A stretch of 64,000 nt of DNA, from assembly GCA_963757865.1 (NCBI GenBank), contig CAVWSU010000005.1, positions 192,254 through 256,253 on the forward strand, given 5' to 3'. The position numbers and the translations under genes were made by a program. A model generated the notes under the pieces. It did no database searches, was not told where the DNA came from, and saw only the letters and a program-made list of their open reading frames with translations. The DNA comes from an uncultured Chloroflexia bacterium. GTDB taxonomy: Bacteria; Chloroflexota; Limnocylindria; Limnocylindrales; CSP1-4. Below are positions 56,335 through 64,000 of this stretch, in pieces. Numbering within the stretch: position 1 is the first letter of the stretch; the number at the start of each line of letters is the position of its first letter.

Positions 56335-56347
56335 ATGGAGGCGTGGC

Positions 56348-58198
56348 ATGGGCGACAACGAGAAGGCGGCGGGCGTGGCCGTCGAACCGCCGGAGGACCT
56401 GTCGTTCGAGGCCCCCCAGCGAGGATCGGCCGAGGAGATGCTCGACGCCCACGCGGGCGACCCGCTCGACCCCATGCGCCACTCCACGGCGCACGTGATG
56501 GCCGAGGCGGTCCTCGAGCTGTTCCCCGACGCACGGCTCGGCATCGGCCCGGCCATCCGGGACGGCTTCTACTACGATTTCGAGTTGCCGCGGCCGCTGA
56601 CCCCCGAGGACCTCGCGGCCATCGAGGAGCGCATGCGGGTGTCGGTCGCGGCCGACCATGCCTTCGTGCGGGACGAGCTCGATCCCGACGCCGGACGCGC
56701 CTTCTTCGCGGAGCGCGGGCAGCCCTTCAAGGTCGAGATCCTGGACGACCTCCGCGCGGCGGCGCGCGTGGCGAACGAGCCCGAGCCCGTCGTCTCGACC
56801 TACCGGCACGGCACGTTCGTCGATCTCTGCCGCGGTCCCCACGTCGAGTCGACCGGGCGGATCGGCCCGTTCCGGCTCCTCGCCGTGGCCGGCGCCTACT
56901 GGCGCGGGGACGAGAAGCGGCCCATGCTGCAGCGCGTCTACGGGACCGTGTGGTCCACGCAGGAGGAGCTGGACCAGTTCCTCTGGCGGCGCGAGGAGGC
57001 GAAACGCCGGGACCACCGGCGGCTGGGCGTGCAGCTGGACCTCTTCAGCTTCCACGACGTCAGCCCCGGGTCCGCGTTCTGGCACCCCAAGGGTCAGCGA
57101 CTGTGGCGGATCCTGGAAGCCGCCATGCTCGAGCTGCAGGAGCGCCGGGGCTACCAGGAGGTGTCCACGCCGATCCTCGTGTCGAAGAAGCTCTGGGAGC
57201 AGTCGGGCCACTGGGACCACTACGCGGACAACATGTTCCGGCTGCAGATCGAGTCCCAGGACTACAGCCTGAAGCCGATGAACTGCCCGGAGAGCACGAT
57301 CATCTACCGGACGAAGGTCCGCTCGTATCGCGACCTGCCGCTGCGCCTGTCCGAGTACGGCCACCTGCATCGGAACGAGCGATCGGGCGTGCTCCACGGG
57401 CTGACACGCGTCCGCCACTTCGTCCAGGACGACGCCCACCTCTACGTGCGACCCGACCAGCTCGGTGACGAGCTCCAGGCGCTGCTCGGCGAGGTCGCGG
57501 AGTCGTACTCGTGGTTCGGCCTCGTGCCCCGCTTCACGTTCGCGACCAAGCCCGACGGTGCGCTCGGCGATCCGGCGCTCTGGGAGCAGGCCGAGGAGAT
57601 CATCCACGCGACCCTCGAGCGCACGGGGGCGCCGTACACGGTCAAGCCGAAGGACGGCACCTTCTACGCACCGAAGATCGACATCTACATCGACGACGCC
57701 CTGGGGCGCGAGTGGCAGATGGCGACGATCCAGGTCGACCTGGTGATGCTGCCCGAGCGGTTCGACCTCACCTACATCGACGAGCACGGCGAGCCGCGCC
57801 GGCCCATGGCCATCCACCGGGCGATCTACGGATCGCTCGAGCGGTTCATCGGCATCCTGACCGAGCATTTCGCGGGCGCCTTCCCGTTCTGGTGCGCGCC
57901 CGTCCAGGCCGTCGTCGTGCCGATCGCCTCGCGTCACAACGACGCCGCGCGCGAGCTGGCGGCCGTGCTCCGGTCGCGTGGCATCCGGATCGAGGTGGAC
58001 GAGTCCGACAACCGCATGCAGAACAAGATCCGGCTCGCGCAGGAGCAGAAGGTGCCGTACATGCTCGTGCTCGGCGACCGCGAGGTCGAGGCCCGCACCG
58101 CTGCGGTACGCACGCGGGCCGGCGTGCAGGAGCCACCCGTGGGATGGGAAGCGCTCGTGGACCGCTTCGCCGCCGAGGCCGCCGCCCGGACGCCTTGA
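56348..58198 (+). CDS. thrS: threonine--tRNA ligase (short form without the TGS domain)
   Basis: 616 aa. HSTAHVMAEAV, class II motifs (..FRLQIESQDYSLKPMNCP.., HRNERSG, ..GTFYAPKID..), anticodon-binding C-terminus. Confidence 0.95.
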   Translation: MGDNEKAAGVAVEPPEDLSFEAPQRGSAEEMLDAHAGDPLDPMRHSTAHVMAEAVLELFPDARLGIGPAIRDGFYYDFELPRPLTPEDLAAIEERMRVSVAADHAFVRDELDPDAGRAFFAERGQPFKVEILDDLRAAARVANEPEPVVSTYRHGTFVDLCRGPHVESTGRIGPFRLLAVAGAYWRGDEKRPMLQRVYGTVWSTQEELDQFLWRREEAKRRDHRRLGVQLDLFSFHDVSPGSAFWHPKGQRLWRILEAAMLELQERRGYQEVSTPILVSKKLWEQSGHWDHYADNMFRLQIESQDYSLKPMNCPESTIIYRTKVRSYRDLPLRLSEYGHLHRNERSGVLHGLTRVRHFVQDDAHLYVRPDQLGDELQALLGEVAESYSWFGLVPRFTFATKPDGALGDPALWEQAEEIIHATLERTGAPYTVKPKDGTFYAPKIDIYIDDALGREWQMATIQVDLVMLPERFDLTYIDEHGEPRRPMAIHRAIYGSLERFIGILTEHFAGAFPFWCAPVQAVVVPIASRHNDAARELAAVLRSRGIRIEVDESDNRMQNKIRLAQEQKVPYMLVLGDREVEARTAAVRTRAGVQEPPVGWEALVDRFAAEAAARTP

Positions 58199-58289
58199 GG
58201 CTCGTGATCCGGGCCGCAGTCCCGGACCTAACGGCCGGAAGCCTGGCGCCGCACTGCAGACCGGGGCCTGTGCCGGAAGCCCGGAGCCC

Positions 58290-58327
58290 GCGCTGCAGCC
58301 TGTGGCCAGCGCTGCAGCCTGTGGCCG
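58290..58327. repeat. 2 x 19-nt tandem repeat (gcgctgcagcctgtggcc[a/g])
   Basis: Units at 58290-58308 and 58309-58327, with degenerate relatives on both sides (58248-58275, 58328-58345). Confidence 0.8.
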
Positions 58328-58597
58328 CGCCGTAGCCTGAGGCCCGCGCCGTTTGCACACCCGGCAACGTATCTGCCGCCGAGGGCCGTTTCGCTGCGCA
58401 ACGGCCACCCGGGGACCGCTATCCGGTGTTCCGTGTCACGAGGGGCGAGCAGACCGTCGTGGAGACCTCTCGCGGGCCGGGCGTGTGCTCGGCCCGTGTT
58501 CGGGTCGGCGGCATCGTGACGACTCGGAGCCGATCAGCCGCCCCGTGCGGCGCAATCCCGGGCATACCGTGCCTCCGGTGCACGTTGCCCAGGGGCT

Positions 58598-58749
58598 GGG
58601 ATCGGCCCGCCGAGTGCAGATGACGCCGAGCGCGGAACCGGGCCTGGCGGGATCGGCCCGCCGAGTGCGGATGACGCCGAGCGCGGAACCGGGCCTGGCG
58701 GGTCCGCCGCCGAGCGCCGATGCCGCCGAATGCGGATGCCGGGCCGGGC
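58598..58749. repeat. 51-nt tandem repeat array (2 near-identical units plus degenerate units)
   Basis: Units at 58598-58648 and 58649-58699 differ at 1 nt (gggatcggcccgccgagtgc[a/g]gatgacgccgagcgcggaaccgggcctggc). Unit 3 (58700-58749) is diverged. Further decayed similarity runs to about 58850. Confidence 0.85.
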
Positions 58750-58886
58750 GGGTCAGAGCGGAACGGTGCCGGGCACCGAGTCCGCGATGGTGTTCCGCCG
58801 AGTCCGGATGGTGCCGGCCGCGGAGAGCGGAACCAGATCCGGGCGCCGCGACCCGTGTTGGCCCGCGGGCATATCCTCGAGACGGT

Positions 58887-58916
58887 TTGCCGAGCGTGAA
58901 ACATGCGTGCTATAGT
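58887..58916 (+). promoter_or_regulatory. candidate sigma-70-type promoter of infC-rpmI-rplT
   Basis: TTGCCG (58887-58892), 18 nt spacer, TATAGT (58911-58916), about 90 nt upstream of infC. Confidence 0.35.
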
Positions 58917-59006
58917 CCGCCCGGCGACCGGATCGGTCGGGCGCTGTGGCGCCCGGCGTGTCGGCCGCCGTTCATTCATGTACCGGGCACATCGAGGGGT
59001 TAGAGA

Positions 59007-59855
59007 CTGAGCCGAGACCTGCGCGTCAACCAGATGATCCGCGTTCCCGCTGTGCGGGTCGTGGACGAGGAAGGTGCCCAGCTGGGAGTGCTGCCCACAC
59101 TGGAGGCGCTCCGGCTCGCGCAGGAACGGGGGTACGACCTCGTCGAGGTCGCACCGATGGCCGTCCCACCGGTTGTCCGGTTGCTCGACTACGGTCAGTA
59201 CAAGTACGACGCGGCCAAGAAGGAAAAGGAAGCCCGCCGGCACCAGCGGTCGGTGGAATTCAAGGAGATCCGCCTCAAGCCCAAGATCGGCCAGGGGGAC
59301 TTCGACACCAAGGTTCGGCGCGCCATCCAGTTCCTGGAGGAAGGCGACCGGGTGAAGGTGGCGTGCCAGTTCCGGGGACGCGAGCTCACGCACGCGAACC
59401 TGGGGCGGGACCTGCTCACGAAGTTCGCGGAACTGATCAAGGACCACGGCGCCGTCGAGCGGCAGCCTCTGCTCGAAGGCAAGTCGATGTCGATCGTGAT
59501 CGCGTCGACCCACAAGCCCAAGCCGCAGGCACCGGTGGCCACGGACGGCAGGCCTGCGGCGGCGGAACCAGCAAGCGACGAGAAGGCGCCGGCACCGGTG
59601 GCCACGGACGGCAGGCCGGCGGCGGCGGAACCAGCAAGCGACGAGACGCCACGGGGCGCCGAGACGCCGGAAGACGAGAAGACGCAGGCTGCCGCGTCAT
59701 CGCCCGAGCCACAGCCACAGCCCGTTGCCGCAACGGCGGCCGCGAAGACGAAGACCAGCGCGACACGCGCGTCGTCCGGAGGCGCCACGGCGCCGGCCGG
59801 GACGGAGAGCCCCGCCGGGGGGACGTCGCCGGAACCCGGTTCGGCAGGAGAATGA
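59007..59855 (+). CDS. infC: translation initiation factor IF-3 with probable CTG start and a long Ala/Pro-rich C-terminal tail
   Basis: (L)SRDLRVNQMIRVPAVRVVDEEG.., YDLVEVAP, KYDAAKKEKEARR, KEIRLKPKIGQGDFDTK. In-frame TAG at 59001. GAGGGG lies 7 nt before the CTG at 59007. The first ATG (59034) would remove the conserved RVNQ. Confidence 0.9.
   Translation: MSRDLRVNQMIRVPAVRVVDEEGAQLGVLPTLEALRLAQERGYDLVEVAPMAVPPVVRLLDYGQYKYDAAKKEKEARRHQRSVEFKEIRLKPKIGQGDFDTKVRRAIQFLEEGDRVKVACQFRGRELTHANLGRDLLTKFAELIKDHGAVERQPLLEGKSMSIVIASTHKPKPQAPVATDGRPAAAEPASDEKAPAPVATDGRPAAAEPASDETPRGAETPEDEKTQAAASSPEPQPQPVAATAAAKTKTSATRASSGGATAPAGTESPAGGTSPEPGSAGE
59528..59653 (+). repeat. 2 x 63-nt in-frame tandem duplication inside the IF-3 tail
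   Basis: Units at 59528-59590 and 59591-59653, encoding APVATDGRPAAAEPASDE twice. Confidence 0.85.
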
Positions 59856-59859
59856 TCAC

Positions 59860-60057
59860 GTGCCAAAGTTGAAGAGCCACAAGGCGACGCAGAAGCGCTT
59901 CGGCGTGACCGGCAACGGCAGGATCGTCCGGGTCAAGGCGTGGCGTGGCCACCACCTCGAGATCAAGTCGTCGCGCCGGACCCGGCGCTACGCCGGCAAG
60001 GCGATCGTCGAGGGACGAACCGTCGGGCAGGTCCGCCGCCTGCTCCCGTACCTCTAG
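59860..60057 (+). CDS. rpmI: 50S ribosomal protein L35
   Basis: VPKLKSHKATQKRFGVTGNGRIVRVKAWRGHHL. GTG start with GGCAGGAG upstream. Confidence 0.9.
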   Translation: MPKLKSHKATQKRFGVTGNGRIVRVKAWRGHHLEIKSSRRTRRYAGKAIVEGRTVGQVRRLLPYL

Positions 60058-60069
60058 GAGCCCCACCCC

Positions 60070-60420
60070 ATGGCACGCGTCAAGCGAGGCGTCACCGCCC
60101 ACCATCGTCACAAGCGACTCCTCGACGCGGCGGAAGGCCGCCGTGGCACGCGATCCCGGCTGATCAAGCCGGCGCGCGAGGCGCTCCTCCACGCGATGGC
60201 GTACGCGTACGTCGGTCGCAAGCAGCGCAAGCGCCAGATGCGGGCCCTGTGGATCGTCCGGCTCAACGCAGCCGCTCGCGAGAACGGCCTCACCTACGGG
60301 CGCTTCGTGGCCGGCCTCAAGGCCGCCGGCGTCGCCCTCGACCGGAAGATCCTTGCCGACATCGCCGTGCGGGATGCCGCGACGTTCACCCGGATCGCCG
60401 AGGTCGCACGCACCAGGTAG
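60070..60420 (+). CDS. rplT: 50S ribosomal protein L20
   Basis: MARVKRGVTAHHRHKRLL...YAYVGRKQRKRQMRALWIVRLNAAAR. Confidence 0.95.
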   Translation: MARVKRGVTAHHRHKRLLDAAEGRRGTRSRLIKPAREALLHAMAYAYVGRKQRKRQMRALWIVRLNAAARENGLTYGRFVAGLKAAGVALDRKILADIAVRDAATFTRIAEVARTR

Positions 60421-60439
60421 CTCCCGGAGCCCCCATATC

Positions 60440-61477
60440 GTGGACCTGGAGACGATTTCCGCGCGCCTCTCGTCCCTGCAGCAGTCCGGCCTCGACGCGA
60501 TCCGCGACGCGGCCGACCCCGACGCGCTGGAGGCCGTGCAGGTCGCCTTCCTCGGCCGTCGCGGCGAGCTGAAGACCCTGCTCGGCGGCATCGGGGCCCT
60601 GCCCGCGGAGGACCGCCCCAAGGTCGGTGCCATCGGCAACCGCGTCCGCGAGGCGCTCGAGGAGACGCTCGAGGCCCGGCGCACGGAGCTCGAGGCGTCG
60701 GCGCTCGACGCCCGACTGGCCCGCGAGGCCGTCGATGTCACGCTGCCGGGCCGGCCGTTCCGGCGGGGCTCGCTGCACCCGCTGATCGAGACCAACCGCG
60801 AGATCGCGCGGGTCTTCGGCCAGTTCGGGTTCGTCGTGTACGAGGGGCCCGAGGTCGAGACCGACGTCCGCAACTTCCAGGCGCTCAACATCCCGCCCGA
60901 CCACCCCGCTCGCGACCTGTGGGACACGCTGTACACCGACGTGCCGGGGTACCTCCTCCGCACGCACACGTCTCCGGGCCAGATCCACGTCATGCAGCAG
61001 GCGGCGCCCCCCATCCGTGCCCTGCTGCCCGGCCGGTGCTTCCGGTACGAGGCCGTCGACGCGAGCCACGGGTTCGAGTTCTTCCAGGTCGAGGGGCTCA
61101 TGGTCGACGAGGGGACCACGATGGCCGACCTGCGGGGCCTGCTCGACGCGTTCGCCCAGGCGATGTTCGGGCACGGGCGTCCCACGCGCTTCCGCCCGGG
61201 CTACTACCCCTTCACCGAGCCGTCGGTCGCGTTCGACGTGCAGTGCGTCGTGTGCGACGGTGCCGGCTGCCCGTCGTGCAAGCGCACGGGCTGGATGACG
61301 ATCCTCGGCGCCGGGATGGTCCACCCGGTCGTCCTGCGCAACGGCGGGCTCGACCCGGAGCGCTACCAGGGCTTCGCGTTCGGCCTGGGCACGGACCGCA
61401 TCGCGATCCTGCGCTACGGCATCGACGACATCCGGATGTTCCTCGAGAACGACCTCCGGTTCCTGGAGCAGTTCTGA
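60440..61477 (+). CDS. pheS: phenylalanine--tRNA ligase alpha subunit
   Basis: HPLIETNREI.., FQALNIPPDHPARD, LLRTHTSPGQ, FRPGYYPFTEPS, GFAFGLGTDRIA. GTG start. Confidence 0.95.
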   Translation: MDLETISARLSSLQQSGLDAIRDAADPDALEAVQVAFLGRRGELKTLLGGIGALPAEDRPKVGAIGNRVREALEETLEARRTELEASALDARLAREAVDVTLPGRPFRRGSLHPLIETNREIARVFGQFGFVVYEGPEVETDVRNFQALNIPPDHPARDLWDTLYTDVPGYLLRTHTSPGQIHVMQQAAPPIRALLPGRCFRYEAVDASHGFEFFQVEGLMVDEGTTMADLRGLLDAFAQAMFGHGRPTRFRPGYYPFTEPSVAFDVQCVVCDGAGCPSCKRTGWMTILGAGMVHPVVLRNGGLDPERYQGFAFGLGTDRIAILRYGIDDIRMFLENDLRFLEQF

Positions 61478-63954
61478 TGCGCGTGCCGCTGTCCTGGCTG
61501 CGCGAGTACGTCGACGTCGAGCTGTCGCCCGAGGCGCTGGCGGAACGGCTCACGCTCCTGGGCATGGAGGTCCAGGGCATCGATCGGCGAGGCATCGACT
61601 GGGAGCACGTCGTCGTCGGCGAGCTGCTCACCGTCGAGCCGCACGCCGGGTCCGACCACCTGCTGGTCACCACCGTCCGCACCGGTTCTGCCGATCCCGT
61701 CCTCACGATCCTCACCGGCGCGTCGAACGTCGAGGCGGGTCAGCGCGTGCCCGTCGCCGTGCCGGGAGCCGTCCTGCCGGGCGGCCGGCGCATCGAGGTC
61801 ACGCGGATGGTGGGCCGCGAGAGCCAGGGCATGCTGTGCTCCGGCGACGAGCTCGGCCTGACGATCGATGCCGACGGCATCCTGATCCTGCCGCCCGACG
61901 CGCCCGTCGGTGCCCCGATGGCCGACGTGTTCGGCGACGTCGTGCTCGACGTGGACGTCAAGCCCAACCGCGGCGACGCGCTCTCCATGCTCGGCCTGGC
62001 GCGCGAGGTAGCCGCCGCCACGGGTGGCCTGCTCCGCTGGCCCGAGATCGCCCTGGACGAGCGGGGCACCGCGACGAGGGACCACCTCGCGGTCGAAGTC
62101 ACGGACGCCGAACTGTGCCCGCGCTTCGTCGGTCGTTACCTCGACGGCCTGCACGTCGGGCCGTCGCCGCTCCTCGTGCAGGCGAGGCTGACGGCGGCGG
62201 GCGTCCGGCCCGTGTCCAACGTCGTGGACGCCTCCAACTACGTCATGCTCGAGCTGGGGAAGCCCACGCACACGTTCGACGCGTCCGCGATCGCCGCCGG
62301 CGCGATCGTGGTGCGGCTGGCCCGGCCGGGCGAGCGGCTCGAGACCCTCGACCACGTCGAGCGGGAGCTCACCGCCGACACGCTGGTGATCGCCGACGAG
62401 CGCGGCCCGCTCGGGATCGCCGGGGTCATGGGCGGTGCCTCGAGCGAGGTCGCGGACTCGACCACGGCGATCGTGATCGAATCGGCGGTGTTCGACCCGG
62501 TGAGCATCCGCCGCACGGCCCACCGGTATGCACTCCGCAGCGAGGCCAGCCTGCGGTTCGAGAAGGGCCAGGAATCCCGCCTCGCGCGCATCGGCGCGGA
62601 CCGTGTGGCGCAACTGGTCTCTGCATGGGCCGGCGGACGCGTGGCGCCCGGACGCGTCGATACCGCCCCCGGCGAGCCGGAGCCCTTCCGGTTGCCGTTC
62701 CGCACGGCGCGCGTCTCCGGTCTCCTCGGGACCGCCGTCGACCGTAGCGAGATCAGGAGCCTCCTGGCACGCGTCGAGGTCGGAACGGAGCCCGCCAGGG
62801 CGGGTGACGAGGTTCCGGTCGCAGCCGGCATGCCCCCTGTCGTGCTCGACGAGGCGGCGGCCCGCGACGCACTCGTGGCCATCGTCCCGACGCATCGCCG
62901 CGACCTCGAGATCGAGGCCGACGTGACCGAGGAGGTCGCCCGCGTCCTCGGCTACGAGCGGATCCCCGGCCGGCTGCCCGAGACGCCCATGCCCGAATAC
63001 CGGCCGGATCCCCGGCGCACGGTCGATTCCGTCCGCGACGCGCTCGCCGGCCGCGGGCTCGACGAGGTCGTCACCCACGCCCTGGTGGGTCCCGTGGATC
63101 ACGAACGGCTCGGAATCCCCGCCGCCGATCCTGCCACCATCCGCGTCACGAACCCGCTGTCGGCGGACCACTCCCAGATGCGGCGATCGCTGCTGCCGGG
63201 ACTGGTGCGCGTCCTCGTGGAGAACGAGCGGCAGCGGCGCGGCGACCTGTCGCTCTTCGAGGTCGGGCACGTGCACGAGCTGGTCGAGGGAGAACCCGCC
63301 GAGCGGCTCGTCCTCGGGATCCTGCTCGCCGGCGACCAGGCCGGCGCGGCGTGGAACCAGCCGGCGCGTCCCGCGGACTTCTGGGAGGCACGCGGCCTGG
63401 TGACTGCGCTGTGCAAGCGCTTCGGCGCGTCTCTTCCGACTGCCGCAGCAGCTCCCTCGACCGCGCCGTACGAGCACCCGGGCCGGACCGCGGCGCTCAC
63501 GATCGACCGGGCCGGCGAACGGACCATCGACCTCGGGCGCGTGTTCGAGCTGCACCCGGCGTATCTCGAGGCCGTCGGGGTCCGGACCGGGCACGTGGCG
63601 GCGGCGCTCATCGACCTGGACGATCTGCAGTCGGCGATGCCGGCCGCCCGCCGGTACGTGCCGTTCCCTCGCGTCCCCGCCGTCGAACGGGACCTCGCCA
63701 TCGTGATCGGGGAGGGTCGCGCGGCCGGTGACGTCGAGGCCGTGGTCCGGCAGTCAGCCGCGCCGCTGCTGCGAGAGCTGCGCGTCTTCGATGTCTACTC
63801 GGGCGCGCCGCTGGTGGACGGAGAGCGTAGCCTGGCGTTCCGGCTCACCCTCCAGGCCGCCGACCGGACGCTGACGGACGATGAGATCGACGCCATCATG
63901 GCGCGGGTGATCGAGGCGCTTCAGGCCCGGCTCGGCGCCCGAATCCGGTCCTGA
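61477..63954 (+). CDS. pheT: phenylalanine--tRNA ligase beta subunit
   Basis: MRVPLSWLREYVDV.., tRNA-binding, B3/4, B5 and FDX-ACB domain patterns over 825 aa. The ATG overlaps the pheS stop. Confidence 0.95.
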   Translation: MRVPLSWLREYVDVELSPEALAERLTLLGMEVQGIDRRGIDWEHVVVGELLTVEPHAGSDHLLVTTVRTGSADPVLTILTGASNVEAGQRVPVAVPGAVLPGGRRIEVTRMVGRESQGMLCSGDELGLTIDADGILILPPDAPVGAPMADVFGDVVLDVDVKPNRGDALSMLGLAREVAAATGGLLRWPEIALDERGTATRDHLAVEVTDAELCPRFVGRYLDGLHVGPSPLLVQARLTAAGVRPVSNVVDASNYVMLELGKPTHTFDASAIAAGAIVVRLARPGERLETLDHVERELTADTLVIADERGPLGIAGVMGGASSEVADSTTAIVIESAVFDPVSIRRTAHRYALRSEASLRFEKGQESRLARIGADRVAQLVSAWAGGRVAPGRVDTAPGEPEPFRLPFRTARVSGLLGTAVDRSEIRSLLARVEVGTEPARAGDEVPVAAGMPPVVLDEAAARDALVAIVPTHRRDLEIEADVTEEVARVLGYERIPGRLPETPMPEYRPDPRRTVDSVRDALAGRGLDEVVTHALVGPVDHERLGIPAADPATIRVTNPLSADHSQMRRSLLPGLVRVLVENERQRRGDLSLFEVGHVHELVEGEPAERLVLGILLAGDQAGAAWNQPARPADFWEARGLVTALCKRFGASLPTAAAAPSTAPYEHPGRTAALTIDRAGERTIDLGRVFELHPAYLEAVGVRTGHVAAALIDLDDLQSAMPAARRYVPFPRVPAVERDLAIVIGEGRAAGDVEAVVRQSAAPLLRELRVFDVYSGAPLVDGERSLAFRLTLQAADRTLTDDEIDAIMARVIEALQARLGARIRS

Positions 63955-64000
63955 GGGCGGTCCGGACGTCTGGCGCGCCACCGGGCGCGCTGCTACGCTT

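Noticed and set aside
58353-59003. 216-aa plus-strand ORF covering the 51-nt tandem repeats. The array was also considered as a possible CRISPR.
   Set aside because: The composition is shadow-like (Arg/Pro/Gly/Cys) with no Shine-Dalgarno sequence or recognisable domain. The repeats are directly tandem without unique spacers and no cas genes are present, so it is not a CRISPR array.
63972-63990. Hairpin ggcgcgcc-acc-gggcgcgc after pheT, considered as a terminator.
   Set aside because: It is a 7-bp stem at the very end of the window without a U tract. Such GC palindromes are frequent in this DNA, so support is insufficient.

Overview
Very GC-rich (about 70% by eye) chromosomal segment from a high-GC Gram-positive-type bacterium. 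Gene content looks Actinomycetota- or Chloroflexota-like: F420/LLM oxidoreductases, DinB, NrdR, a DUF881 pair, a T-box. I support about 65 protein genes, 2 tRNAs, 1 T-box leader and several repeats. Most long ORFs in the six-frame track are Arg/Pro/Gly-rich shadow frames of the real genes. Layout: 0-9 kb small-molecule metabolism (OCD-like, LLM, PLP decarboxylase, ALDH). 9-18 kb is one co-directional array joining Moco genes (moeA-moaC-mog) to an EtfD-like Fe-S protein, acyl-CoA dehydrogenase and etfBA. 18.5-20.7 kb nrdR-dcd. 21.6-23.6 kb thiol-redox/CcdA operon. tRNA-Arg is followed by a recombinase relic and vapBC. 25-33 kb mixed accessory genes (LuxR-TPR, ABC-2 exporter, LLM, GNATs). 33-41.4 kb two paralogous cyclase-STAND-TPR giants plus a CpaF-RidA fusion. 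41.5-46 kb SRPBCC, DUF4242, MBL and LLM genes. 46-55 kb USP, peptide SBP, peptidase, DUF881 x2, MFS, GT2. 56-64 kb tRNA-Val, T-box-thrS, infC-rpmI-rplT, pheST. Most notable observations: (1) dcd is split by a LAGLIDADG intein carrying the class-3 signature (Ala1, Trp-Cys-Thr). (2) A roughly 90-nt element occurs three times, always just upstream of minus-strand genes, and its helices keep complementarity while changing sequence, so it is a candidate new cis-regulatory RNA. (3) An orphan CpaF-type ATPase is fused in frame to a RidA/YjgF domain, next to the tandem cyclase-STAND pair. (4) At least six conserved genes have single-nucleotide frame breaks at short G/C/T runs, three of them in the ETF module. 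These are most simply read as assembly indels, and they limit every fusion or pseudogene claim made here. No database or structure search could be run. All family calls rest on motifs I recognise in the translations.
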